Shown here in pieces: positions 35,501-50,500 of a stretch of DNA of 64,000 nucleotides. Source of the stretch: an uncultured Clostridia bacterium (GTDB lineage: Bacteria > Bacillota > Clostridia > Christensenellales > UBA1242); the NCBI GenBank assembly GCA_937925475.1, contig CALEWH010000022.1, positions 5,376 through 69,375 of the forward strand. Direction: 5' to 3'. The notes under the pieces are model-generated. The model was given only the letters and a program-made list of their open reading frames with translations, was not told the DNA's origin and made no database searches. A program made the position numbers and the translations under genes. How positions within the stretch are numbered: the stretch's first letter is position 1; each line of letters opens with the position of its first letter.

Positions 35501-38500
35501 ACAATACGATGTACTAATGACATTATTGTTTTCGTGTACTAGACCGCCAAGAGTCACAACATTTGATGTGTTGTGTAGATTTGTATACACAATCACCGCT
35601 CCCGAGCGATAAACATAACCATTGTTTGTACCTACTAGACCGCCTATATTACCACTGCTTATATTGTTTGTGCCTTTTACAACAACATTGTTTAGCACAC
35701 CATAGTTTGTGCTTATTACATTTTCAAATCCAAGCAAATTGTAGTCAAACACGATGTTTCCAATCACACCTTTATTTACAATGTCATATCTTTGACCACT
35801 ATGAGAAAGTGTGATTCCAGCTGTCGATTTTCCAGCAAGAACGGCATTACGACAGATAGTGATAGCACTTTCTATTTTAGCATTTTCTGTAATTATGTTA
35901 TAGCCACTAATGGTTAAGATTTCCGCATCTGGATCTTTTGTCACTTTTGTCAACTCTCTGGCATTGTATTTAGTGCCTTCGCCATATATTTTTGTGAAGT
36001 AGTAGGAATTTGCTATCAAATAGTCTGTTTCTGTATTTATTTTTTCGCCATTTTGTAAGCCAATAAACGCATCTTTCAAACCTTCATAAATGTCATAGAA
36101 GTATTTACCCGAAGCATCTTGTTTTTCATAGTAGAAATCAAAATAATCTTCAATAATGTAAAGAGTACTTCCACTTAATGAAATACTGTTAAGGTTTTTA
36201 TTTGCCCCATTTTCACTTATGACATTGATAAATGGATTTACATACATCGCTTTATAGCTATTTGAATCATACTTGTTGGCATTGTTTGCATTTACATCGT
36301 CTTCAACCATCTTATATGTACTTTTTTCAACTTCATATACACTGGCTAGTACGCGACAATTTTCGAATGTAAACATTTCACTATTTTCTTCAATCGATCC
36401 AATATATCCGCCTATCATACCACCAAGATAGTATTTGCCAGAATTGTGTGTAAATTTGACATCACCATACGAGATATTGTCTTTTAGTGTAACTTCCCCA
36501 GTCTCCACGCCTATTAAAGCGCCTTCATAAACGGTTTTTCCGCCATCTACTATTACATCACCTTGCATATACGAGTTGTTTAGACCTGTTTCAGTTCGAC
36601 CTATTAGTCCGCCGACCTTTACAGTATCTTGCAACTTATTCGCGCTAGATTTTGCCACAACAACTTTAACATCTGCTGTATTAATAAGGTTTTCATTATT
36701 TTTTGTAGTACTCCCTTGTGCACCTATAATACCACCGACTATAACATTGTCGTCTTTATCACCATTTACATCTTTATTGATTGTTACATTTATGCCTACA
36801 CGATTGATAAGATATGTTCCATTTGTATAGTACGACTTCACATAGCCCATCAATCCGCCGATATTGTAAGTCTTTTGACTTCCACTTGTATTTGTAATAA
36901 TTACATTAAATGATTTGTTAGAAGACAAGTCTTCATAGTTGCCATCATTATTCATACTTCCACAGAATTGGCTATTTTGTACGCCATTTCCTTGGTAAAG
37001 ATATCCGACTATTCCACCAATCGAAACTGCCGTAGCACTTTGGGTTGTAGCGGAATTATCATTACCAACATTAATGTTTACATCAAATAAGTGATTGTAA
37101 TTGGAAGCGGTTATGGAGCTATTAGTCATTTTGCCGACCATACCACCGACATTACTGCCACCTGCCAAAGTCCCTATCGCTGTCAATTTGACAACACTAG
37201 ATACGCTTTCTATTCCCGCATCACTTACTTCGCCCACAATTGTACCTATGTTTGTGATTTTGCCAAGGCTCTCATCAAATTTATATTGGTTTGATTTGTC
37301 TTTACCAAAATTACCTGTGGTTATTTCTAATGTAAACTCTTCAGCATTTGAAGTAATATTAAGCCCTGAGATATTGCCACCTGTCATTTGACCAGCAACA
37401 AATCCGATTGATGTAGCTGTATTGTTGATTTTAATTGTGTTTCCACTGCCTTCAAACTCAATCTTTATTTCACAATTTTCAAGTGTAGAGTTTGTCATCT
37501 TGCCAAACAAGAAGCCCATATAAGCGGTATTATCATATAACGAACCATTATTTTTGATCAAATATGTCCACATATAAAAGTTGACATTTTTAAACACAAA
37601 CTTACAATTTTCAAATGTTGTGCGTTCGATATATGAAGCAAAGAAGCCAAATGTATCTGTTGTGCTTACGCTAGCCTTATTGCCTGAAAGAGTACTCATA
37701 TCAAACTCAAATATAACATTGCTAATGGTTGCACCTTCTAACGATTCAAATAATTGATTAGTGAATGATGAGATATATACGGTTCGTGCTTCATCTAAAC
37801 TTGTGTCACCAGACAATACACCCCTAAATCTCTCTGGGAATGTATAATTATTTTCACCACCTTGAATTGCGTTACCACTCTCCTTCAAACTAAGTGTATA
37901 ACTTTTACCTTTTGTGTTTGAATTTAGTACTTCAATAAGTTGATTATGTGTTGTAATTACTGTCACTTGACCCGCTTTGCCAGACTCATATTCGAGCAAA
38001 CCTGTTTCTTCATTGAAATACCACGATTGCGATGGAGTGTTGGCTTGTGCACTATTAACTTCGGTGATCAAGTCACTTCCATTTGTATTAACTTTACCTA
38101 TACAGCCCAAAAGGTTTTCTTTCGAAATGTCATAGCCAAAGCCGACTGCACTTCCAAATATGTTGATATATTCTTCATACTCGACGCCATTTTGAACACT
38201 TACATAGTAATAACCAGTCATTTTTGAAATAGGATATTGAGTTCCAAACAATGTGCTGTATCTCACAACATTGTTGTTTAGGACCTTTTTCTCAATTTCT
38301 GGTGGATCTGCTGTATTATCAGCTTCTTGATATTCGCTATAATATTTGCCATCCAATTCTTTTACAGTATTAGTTACTTCTGCATTATTTGGAGTAAGTC
38401 CACTAAAACTGCTTACCATATTACCTTCGGACATCTCACCAGTACGAGTGGTTGTGCCATAAACCGACGAATATACATTGTAGAATTGTTCGCCATAGTA

Positions 38501-41500
38501 AGTAAAGTAGTATGTTTTCTTGCTATCAGCGTTTACATCAGTACTTATGTTGTAACATACTGGACTAACACTTGTGTTGTTTGTAGATACAACATATTTT
38601 TCGGTATCTTTATTATATGTACTAGTAAACAATCTTACACTTGCCATATTGTTTTCTATAACTGCAATGTTGCTACCTACACTGCTATGAACAAACATAT
38701 TTTTAAGAGATGCCGAGTTGGCACCTGTGCTTATAGTATTTCCAGTGACAGTGAATAATGTTTTTTCTGTGGCACTGTCTACATATGTTCCAGCATTCAA
38801 GACTGCTTTTCCTAATACAGAACCCATATATACAAAACGCGAGTTTTGATTAGAGATACTATTTGTGCGTTTTGTGATAGTAGGAATATTATCAAGGCTA
38901 TACTCAGTCATTTGGTTTCCAAGTTCGGGCATACGCACATCATAATCAGTCACATTGACGCCATAGATGGCAGTAAGGTTGGATCTCAAAGTATCCACTA
39001 CTTCGCTTCCCCAAACATTTTCTGCGATTGCATTGTTTAGATACATATCAAATGAGTTGTATCTATAAAAACCGACTAGACCGCCCACAATTTCTTTTGC
39101 GCGAACATTGCCTGTTGCAAAACTATATGCGACACCGATTTTACCTTCGGCATAACCCATAAGTCCGCCAGCAATTCTTGCGCCAAGATTGTAGACATTG
39201 ACTTTTGCAAAACTGTCAAGAATAATGACATTTTTACCACGACCAGCGATACCGCCAATCGCAACAGATACGGTCACACCGCTATCTGTATTTAGGAATA
39301 GGTCGTTTTTAGAAACCTTATCCGAAGTAATTTGTGCAATATCAAGGTCAATTTGGTCTTGATAATCGCTATCAAGGTGTCGTACATTTACTCTTTCCAA
39401 AATAGCATTTTCGACTTGACCAGCAATTGCACCGCCAAACGCTCTACCATAAATGCGTTGATATGTGTCGACATTGTTTGAGCCTTGCATCAACATAAAG
39501 TAGCTATTTCTAAGGTGAGTGTTGTTTCCGATATAACCAAATAGTCCACCGGCCATATCACCCGAAATCTCGACATTGTCTCTTACAATAATGTCGTGAA
39601 CACTGACAGCATTGTTTCTGTACTCTGTCAACTTGTATGTTGACATATTATTTACATTTGTGACTGCGCTTGTTGTGTCGCTACCAACTTGGATATTGTT
39701 TGCAAGTATAACACCTGCTACACCACCAGCATATGAGATTTGGTTAAGATTTTTAATATTTCCATTTTCATCAAAACTAATTAGATTGTAGGCTCTCTTA
39801 TTGCCCATAATGTCGCCAAACTCTTCGTAATAAGCGCCTGTGTCTTCATAACTGTCGCTAAAATCGGAAAGTTTGTTGTTTGTCGAAGTGACTCTGACAT
39901 TTTTAATAGTGATGTCATTCATAATCACGCCATTGCCACTGATAAGACCTGCTAGACCGCCTACTAGGTTGTAACCACTAATTGTATTGATAGCACTAGT
40001 AGTCGCGCTCTTCTTTCCTTCAATAGTAATGCCCATCAATATTCCTTTATACACACTACCTGCAAGTAGTCCAACTTTGTTTGCACGAGAGTCAGACAAC
40101 TCATTGTAGTTGAAGTTGACATTGTATATTGTAGGTGAAATAATTTCAATGTTTGTTTTACCTTTAAAGATACCTTCTTGAGCATTAGTCATACCTATTT
40201 GCTTAAACAAACCAAAGTCTTCAAGGTTGTTTCCCGATGTATTTGTGTTGTTTAGGGTGATGTCGCTAATTGTCATTCCATTACCGATTATATACCCTGC
40301 AAACACTACTTTTGACAATGGGATTTGATCGTCTTCGTTGTTGCATTTATATGTATTGTTTAGACTAATCTTTGCCAATGAGATATTGTTTACAAGTTTG
40401 ATATATCTTGGATTGTAAGTTTGTGGGCTTGTATCATCTCGTCCACCAAATAAATAGAAGTAATCATTTTGACTATTTCCAAACCTATTAGAGTTTTCAA
40501 CAATGTATTTTGCAAAATGCGATGGTTGGGAAATAATAATTGGATTTTGTTTTGTTCCTATATTTGGACCAGTATATCTATAATCGTATTTAAGTTTGTC
40601 ACCTTCGCTTGCACTTTCGGTGCTTTTGTTTGTAAGCGTCCTAACTGACTCTATATTGCAGTTTACTGTATTTAATAGAGTCGGATATCTATTATTGTTT
40701 AAAATCCATATTCCGTCAAATGCTGAGCTACTGCTTGCAAATGTAAAGCCTTCAAAGCTTCCACTATTGGCAAACGAAATACCTACTTTGATATCAGACG
40801 GAGACGCTTCTGAAATAATTGCTTTTGCTGGGTCGATACTCTTCAAAACATCTTGTGTTGCATTTGTAGATGTGATGCCCATCTCTTCTTCTACTATCAA
40901 ATAGTAAGCGTTTTGAAGCGTCGAACCTGCTTCGTAGTTTTTAACAAATCGGCCGTGAGCACGCGAGTTTATATTTGAAGTAACGCTTGTGGTGTATGCG
41001 TTTTTGATAACACCAGTAGACTTGTTTTCAAATGCAAAGCCCGCACTGTATACTGTTTGGACAATTATGTCGACCATTGAGTATGCATTTTCTATTGTGC
41101 CTTGGTTGTCGTATACAAAACCACCTACATTTCCTTTTGACGAAATGTGTGTTTTTGTAGCACGAAGATTTACTATATCATCCCCATATGCCGAATACTC
41201 GCTACCCGAAACAAAGCACGAGTATATGGTTGCGTTATTGGAGTTTTGTCCTACAAAACCCGCAGTAGTCGAACCCGATTGGATGTTTGTGGTGTTTTCA
41301 ACCGAAACACCCATAACATACGAATTGGATATAATGCCTGTGTTTGATGCGACAAAACCAGATATCTTATTTCCACCTACAAGAGTAAATGGATAAACTT
41401 TTGTATTCTCTGATTTGTTTTCGTTGGACTCAGTTTTAGTCTTTTTAATGTACGAATATCCATCTTTTTTGTAATCAACCGCATTTAGTCCAACAAACGA

Positions 41501-44500
41501 GTCAGATATTGCACCGCTATTTTGCGCTACAAAACCCGCAATAGTGGCCGAACACATCTCACCATTAGAATAACCTTGTTTTGAGTAGATGTTTAGATAG
41601 TTGTTATTTGTCGATTTGTCTGGGGCTGTGAAATTAACTACTCTTACATTTGAAATTACGCCTTCGTTTTGTGCAGCGACAACACCAAATGTAACTTCTC
41701 TTATGTCCTCACCTGCTATTGTTCCATCTATGGTGAACTTAGTTTTTGCGTTTGCTGATGATGCGTCATCAGATACAAGTTTACTTATGTCGACATTAAG
41801 ATTTTGGATAACTGTGTATTGACCTATTTTTCTAAATAGACCTGCTTCGATTGCGTTGTTTTCCGCACCGCTGAAATCCCACGAATTTATTGTGATTGTA
41901 AAGCCGTTTGCATTAAACGACGAAACATAAATGTCGCGTGGAGCCCATTTTTCAAGTACAAGGTCGCATAGCAATATGTAGTTTCCAAAGTTAAGTTCGG
42001 TCGGATCAATGTCTGGATTGTTGGAAATTTGTTCGTTGACACTGTCTTCGGTCATAAACGAACACATATTAACAAAGTCGCTTACATTTCTAATTGGATT
42101 TGGATGATCGACTGACGAATTGTCAGTGATTTGCAAAGTGAAATTAGCAATTTTGTAGTGTTTTGGGTCGTTACTATTATCAATAACAGGCACACCATTA
42201 ACCACATTGTAATCAAACTTAAATTGCATATTGTTGTTGCTTATCTTCAATGCATTGATGCCATAGTATGGCATTTTGCCAGTACTTGACAAGAAGAATT
42301 GATAGTTTGCTAGATTTATGCCATCAACAGTAGGATAGAAAGCATCTTTATTAAGTAAGGTCGATGTTTCATTTTTAGACTTCTTATCCCCATCAAGTGT
42401 GTACCAACCATTGTGATAAGTGTTATTTTGATTTGCGCCAGTGCCTTTGATATCTTCGGCAGAACTTTGACCATTGTTGTATTTGACAAGTTTAATTACG
42501 CTCTTAAACAATGCTTTATCGAAGTCTGTTGCATCAATTTCACTCAACTTGTCCACTTCTTTTGCTATATCAGAATATATCAATTCGTCTATACTTATAT
42601 TCTTTTCTCTTAGTTTTTCAAGAACACCGTTGTAGATAGATTGAGCTTGGGTGTTTAGTTCGACCGAAGCACTAAGCGAAGTGTAATTGCTAAACTTGAT
42701 AGAAATAAGATTTGGCGATGTGCCATTTACATAAACATTTTCAATATCAAATAGTCTTGTTTCAAGAGTGAATGTTCCTGTTGTGGTTACTCTTGAAGTA
42801 TTTACAATCCTATAACCAGACACAACAAACTTGTATGTTGTTAGTGGGGCATCCTTAGGGACAAAAATGTAAAGTTCTTGCGATAAATATGACGCATTGA
42901 ATGTATAATCTATTCGAGTATATCTGTCGCTTATCTTATAGCATAGATATGGAGTGTTTGTGTTTGTAAGAGTTGCTTGTTTTCCGGCAAAATCGTACAA
43001 CTTTCCAACAGTATCTACATCCCAAGTAAGCGTATCTTCGACATTGGCTGTACTTATCAAAACACGCTTGTACTCACCTACTGGATCGTAGTCTTCATTT
43101 TGACCGCTTAGATTTGTAAAGTAGATATGTGGCATAACATCAACTTCGATGCTCATATTTGTACTCAACAACACGCTGTCATTTTTGCCATATGCGATTA
43201 TTTGCAAATCCACCATACTGCCTTCGGTGATCGAACTATCAAAGTCGATAAAGACATAGTAGAAGTTTGCATAATCGTGGCTAGTGTCGCCAGAATAAAT
43301 CAAGCTCCAAAGTTTGATGCCATTTTCTATGCGAGTGTTTGCCGAAGTAACATTGACAAATTCAAGTGGATTGCTAATTCCATTTATATTGGCTTGTCTT
43401 AGGGTGATTTTGTCATTGTTGGATTTAATAGCAATATAACTCAAATTGTTGTAGTCTTTCATAACTTTTAAGCGGATAAGTCCAGTTTTGCCTGGTTCCA
43501 TCTTGCTTACATACTCGGCATTTGTGTCGATAGTATATACATTTCTATCATTTTCTTTTGCTTTCAAATTGAAGAACGAAGTCACCACATTGGATACTGT
43601 GTTTGCTTCGATAGTAAGAGCAAACTTTGCCACTTGGTCAGCGTACTCTTCCATTACTACCCCGTTATTAGACCATGACTTAGGGATAAATGTAAAGTTG
43701 TATTTTAGTGCTTCTTCAAGTGGATTTGTGTATCCATTGTTTTTGTATTCGTCGTAGTATTTTTCAATATTCATTTCCAAATACAATGTATATTTTATTC
43801 TATACAAATTCTTTGTGCCTTGGATAGCGACTGCTTCGCTGTCTTTTACAACAAACACATTTATCATATCAAATAGGTTTTGACTACTTGTATTATTTGC
43901 CGATACAACATTGCCATTTCTATCTAAAATCACAATGTCCATTTCTTCGTCTTTATTTGACGAAACAATTTCGACGCTAACACTTGTATTTCCTTCTGGT
44001 TTGATAGTCGAAGCATTGTTTGTGCCGACACTAATGCTTTTTGCAAGGTCAAATACTTCGATGTCAATTATTTCACTCATATAGTCAAGCATAAATATGC
44101 CTGCACTATACTTGATGTAAGGCACAAGTTTTATTTGCAATTTTCCGGCTTTTTGTCCCATCAAAACAATAGGATTGGACATATCAAAGTCGTATTCTTC
44201 ACCTATACTATCTTCATTTAGTAGTGTGCCATTATAACTTACTTCGGCAGTGTTGTTGGAAGACTCAACAAGACTCAATTTGTATCCGCCAACATTTGCG
44301 TCAAATACAAACGATTGAGTTCCTTCCACCAAAGTATTGTTGAAACCATATGAGTAGGTTTTGGCTTTGTTTACATATGTGGTCATCGAGTTTATGCTCT
44401 CGACACCGCTTAGTCCGTTTACGATATATATTGTGATTTCAAAAGTGTTGTTTCCGTCATATTTGTTTGTAAATGTAAGTTTTACAAGGCCTGTACCATT

Positions 44501-47500
44501 CACAACAAGACTTGTGTGTCCATCAAACTTTTCAACACTTAATATGTTTGCATTGTTTGACTTTATAATGTACTCGTGCAAGTCGTTTAGTTTGAAAATA
44601 TCACTCTCAAACACATCAGCAAAACTTAGCACGATTGGTGCTTGACCACCGATATATTTTGCATCCAACTCGGCTTTTTCTGCGTCACTGCCTGCGATAA
44701 CATAAGTGTTTTGTCCGTCATACTTGCCATTTGGCTTGTTGTAGAACAACACAACTTCGCTATCACTAAGTTTGACATAACCTTGTTTCAATTCGTTTAG
44801 GTCCGAACTTCCATTGTAGTTGAAATCGGTCACTTTTACATTTAGTTTTGAAACCGAGTCGTACAAAACATCAAGTGATTGGGCAGTTTCGCCTTCCGCC
44901 AATCTTCTGATTAGCACTGGCAAACCATTGTTGACATTTTCGTCGACAAACCATAGTGCGTTTTTATTATCCAAAACATACTTGCCGTCTTCATTGACTT
45001 TTGCAATGATGTTTCCTTCATTATCCATCACATAGTTATTAGCAGTACTTCCTACTTGACCATTTGTATACGCAAAATTATACAGCATAGCAAGTTGTTT
45101 TTTAGTCAAAACTACTGTGACATATTCGCTTCCGTTTTCTTTAATGGTCTTGCTTTCCACACCATTAAACATAACAGTATTGTTTTCACTAAGTGTGATA
45201 GTGACATTTGTGAAATATGTATTCTCACCTATTACTAGGTCACACACATTTCCTTCAATTGCAAATTCGATTTTGTTGCTACCGACTTCATTTGTAAATT
45301 CTATGCTATCAAAAATCGAACCATATTTATCTTCATTTGTACTGTCAATGCATAGATAGTAAGTGTTGCCGTCAGTTCCAGTCAACTTGTCATATGTAGT
45401 TGTAGTTGTGCTATTTTCAGTGTAGTAAAGTGGTATATAATTTTCATTTATGATTGCAAAATATCCACTAAACTCATTTTCATAAGCACTATCAACAAAG
45501 AATGTGTTTCCATTGTAATACAAAGTAACAGTGTTTGTATCATTGATATTCCATTTTAGAGTAAATGTAACTTTGGATTCGTCAGTAACATAGTCGCTAA
45601 TTGTGACATTTTCAAGGATAGCGATTTCTTGTTCGCCTTCCTTTATATAAACAACTGGTCGAATATTATTTACTTCAAACTTTGTGGCAAATAGGTTTTC
45701 CATAGAAATGTCTTTTGCATCAGTAATGTCGATAGCTCCTACTTCTGTTTCGTCCTTGTCGCATTTTTCCAACAATATTTTCGAATAATCTTCGGCAGTT
45801 TGTCCGCTTTGGATTGAATTATCAAGTTTGGATATAGCACTATATAGCAAATTTTCGGCTTTAATTGTACTTATATTCTCAGGGACATTTATGGCATAAG
45901 CGTTTAAGAAGAAACGATCATTTCCACCTAGGTCTGTTTGGACATTTCCGTCAAAGCCAAGGTCTTTAAACATATCCACTTTGTCGTCTGGAATATAGTT
46001 GTTTGCGCCCGCAGGGATTGTGCCATTTTTAAACAAGTTGTATCTTGTGTGTTTTCCAGTGCCATAATCAAACACATTTTTATGTACAGTATACACAAAT
46101 AGTTTGTCTTCTTCAGTAAATACAGCAAAAGTAACATCTATCTTAGACACAACCATACTCTTTGGTGTGCGGATGTTTAGTACATTTGAAGTGTTTTCCC
46201 AAGTACTAAATGTGCTATTAGAAACAGCATAGAATTGATTTATTGAGACATTTGTGCCAAAGTCAAAGGCATAATTTGTGTAAGAAACACTTTCAGTCTT
46301 TGTAGCGACATATCTAATATATTCGCCGACATTTTTGTCTTCAGTCAAAGTATTTTCGTCTTCCTTAAACTCCACGCTGACAGCGTCCACCGAGCCACTA
46401 GATTGAGTAGGCACGATGTCATTTCCAAGTATAACCTTTGGAACATCATCACGCGAGTAAATATTTCCGATAAAGTAAGCATTGTCGATGAGGATATTAT
46501 TGTTGCTATTTCCTACAAAACCGCCAATGTACTCTTTTGTAGTAGTGGCATAAGACTTAATGTCAGCCATTACATAACTGCTTTTTATAGCGATATCAGC
46601 ATTTGTACTAGCGACTAGTCCACCAACAATCGATGTGTTTATGCTACTTGCTTGTCTAACAATGATATTTCCACAATATTTGTTACTATCATAAGTAGCG
46701 TCGACTTGGGTGCCACCAAATGCGCGAATGTACGAATTGACAAACTCGACTTTGTCTTGTGCGTTTGCTACAAAACCAGCGACATTGTCATAACCCATAA
46801 TCGAGTTTTTATAATTGTCGTTGTACAAAAACTCAACGACTACATGTTCAAATGTTACTTTTTGGCTTTCACCAACCACACCGGCTACATTTTTGTATCC
46901 ACTGATTGATGGTGTAACCCTTACATCTTTTGCTGTAAATGTGCCAGTAGTTTCGCCCGCTACTCCACCCAAAGTTGCGTTGGAGATGTTTGCGTCATCT
47001 CCACCACTGATTGCTTGGATTTTGCCCGATACTTTAATGCCAGTGACAGTGCTATTTTCAGCAGTACCAAATACTCCACCTATTATGTGTTTGCCTTGTG
47101 TCTTATCTGCTGTAAGTCCATCAAATGTTGTGGCAATATTTGACGCAACATCGTCTGCAAACATATTAATCGAGTCCTTAGCACTCAAACTAACTTTGTT
47201 TGCCTTTGCGACGATTCCGCCCACAACTATTTGGTTGGCTGATTTTTCTTCGGTTATTTTTGCGTCATACGATACATTGATATTTCCTGACACAAATAGA
47301 TTGTCAAGTTTGACATTGTTTGCGATACCCGCAAGTCCACCAAGACTTAGCGAATATTGTTCTTTGGTCGCAATTTTAATATTGTAATTTATATTTTTTA
47401 GAGTAAGGTCGTGTATGCTATACTCAGAGTCTTCTTTGTGTTCGACTTTTGCAAACAAGCCACCGATATAGTCACCTGTTTTTGTGATTGCATAATTTGC

Positions 47501-50500
47501 TGTAAGTCCAGCAATGTATTTGCCATTTCCGTCAAAGTCACCTGCAAAAACATTTGCATTGTTTAGCAAATAATCTGCAAAATTGTTGTTTGTAACATTG
47601 ATGTTGTTTTGAAGACGATAACAATATTCGTTTTCACCACCGATGTTTCGATTCCACATTTTGATAAGGTCGGAAATAGAGCGGATTTGGAATGGATTTT
47701 CCTTTGTGCCATCGCCGATGCTTATCACAACATCTTTGGTGACACTGTATTTTGTGGCACTTATTATGCTGTCTTTTGCAATTATTTCGATGATATAATC
47801 ACCCACAACATTTTGCAAAATCTCAACTTTAACTTGATTTTCTACGATCTCAATTTTAGCGACATTAGTTATGCCTTTATTGTTTCCAGTGTAAGTCCAG
47901 CTAATTTGACTTACTGCAATTGTGTTTGCATCAATGATGTTGTATTCGTAGTCGACTTCATCTGAGTACACACCATCTTCAAGCGATTTGTAAAGTTTTT
48001 TATCGACTGTGTTGAAATAATATGTTATGTTGTCGATTGTGATTGTGTTTTGGCTTGACAAAGTGTAGTTTTGAGAACTTACGATATATAAGTTTTGCTC
48101 ATCACCTTTGACATAACCACTACCTTTTTTTATAGCAGTGTACACCTTAAATATAACGCCTTTATTGTAGGCATTTGTAGGCAAAACTGAGTAAGTAAAT
48201 GTTTGGCTAGATAGATTTGCACCAGTTTCTTTTTCAAAATACAATCCGTTTACACCTACCGATGTATCAATCGACTTGACCATAACAGGATTGATTACGC
48301 GGATATTGGTTGAAACATACTTGCCCCTTCCAAATTGAGTTGCGCTTCCTTCCAAAACAAAGTCACGATAGTTGTTGTTTTCGCTAGCACCAAAAGCAAG
48401 TCTTATCGACTCAGTTTTTCTAGTGTACTCAGACACATTTGAGTCATACATTGCCTCAAATAATTGGAGCAATGTCATTTCTTCTTCAACTTCTTTGTCC
48501 CCTACTATCTTTGTGATTGTAAACTTCACAAAGATTTCGGCTGAAAAACCATTTTCCTTTTCCCCAACTATCTTCGACAAGATATCAGACATATATATGT
48601 CGATGTAGTAGTCGGATCCATCTTTTCTAAGACGCTCTTTATTATTCCAATCTAGTACTTTGGCTTTGCTCAAATCAGAACCAAGACCGTTTTCAACATT
48701 TCTAAATGCATTTAGATTTACAGAGTGGCTGACTTGGTTGGCATTTTTAAGTTCGATATCGTCAAACTCAAAATTTCCTTCAACTGCATTCATTGGATTT
48801 TTTATCCACTCATACAAATACTTATTTTTGCCCGCTTCTTTGTCTTCATATCCTAGAGAGTTGGACAAATATGTTTCGTTAAGTTGAGATCTAAACTCTA
48901 TCGATTTGATAGCGTCAAACACCCAAACATTGATAGTGTGAGTATATGTGACTTGTTGAGGTTCTCCACTGTTTTCGTCAGTCTTATATCCACTTAATGT
49001 AAATGTAAGGGTTATTGGTTTTTTGTCCGCAGGTGCACTATATGTGTAAAGAACACCTTGCAATTTGTTGTCGACAAGTTCGACATTCCACAACAAACTT
49101 TGGCTTGGATTGATCACTGCATTGATATCGACATTTGGCAAAACATATTTCAATTGTCCATTGTCTTCCAAAATGCTATACACATCAAGTCTAACCTTAC
49201 TATTGCTTTGTAGTATTAGGTCAGTGATTGTAGTGTAAGTAAACTCATTGTCATTTATGTTGCAGTTTATAGTTTTGGTGGTGGCTTCATATTCTTCGCC
49301 TTCGCCAGTCATTTTGCCAACCACAAACACAGCATCGCTTGTCTTGTCCACATCTACATATAGTGTATCGTCACCTTCATACAAAACTGGCAAGTACACT
49401 ACTATTTTTGCATAATTTGATTGTTTGCCGTTGTTTGCGATAATCGACAAAGTCACTTCGCCTGTACGGAAAGATGTGTTGGACTTTATATATATTTTGT
49501 TTGCGACATATTTGATGTCAATTAGGTCAAGGTTTCGTCCCACCACCTTTTCGACTGTTTCGCTCGCCTTGTACTCTTCTGGGAAAGAATATAGTTCGAT
49601 ATATTCGTCCTTAGTGATTTCTAGTCCTATCTCATCAGTAGGCAAGTTTATTTCTTTTATGCCCGCTTTAAATTGCAAGTATATCTTTTTGCTGATTGTT
49701 ACTTCGCCATAAGCAGATTGTTGATCTTCGGTCGCATTGCTAGGTGCAAGCGAGTAAGTAAGCGAAACTGTGATGTAAGGCATATTGCTTGGGTCAATGC
49801 CCGCAATATCGTCTGCCGAATATGCGTGTTTTAGATACATAGTCGACGCATTTGCTAATATGTTGGATGACGAAACAAGTTTGCCATCGACCATAATTTG
49901 CAAGCCTTTTACTCCAAGACCTTCTTTAAGTCCCGATTTTTCATAGTCATAAGATATAGTGTATCTTAGGTTTGGCAAAGTGGATTTGTTTTCTTGAACT
50001 TTTATAGGTGTGCCATTTTCGTTTATTCCGCCAGTGATCGACTTAAAATAAGTATCGTACACTGTGTAAATTTGATTGTCATCGGCCTTGTCATTGATAA
50101 GCAAGTTTTCGGCCTTTGGCAAGTCGTACACATAGAAAGTAAATGTCACATATTTTGTAAACAATCCGTCAAATTTGTGCAAGTCGTTTTCTGGGTTGTC
50201 GTTTGCGTCACCGATATATTCGATTTTGAAGGTTACATCAGTGCCTCTTGTGCGTTTTTTTGCAGTTATGCGATAACTAAACACATTTTGATATTCTTGG
50301 TCATCATATTTTTCTATCGCAATAGGTTTGTCCGCAGTAAACGAATAGTCACCTTCTATCGATATGCGATATTTGTTTGTTTGAGCGTTTTCATCTCCAA
50401 GACCTATGCGCACTACGCGTTTGACATCGTCAAGATTGATTGTTCCGCCACTAACATTGATTTCAGGGTTTGCCAAAAGCACTTCATATTTGTTTGAGTT

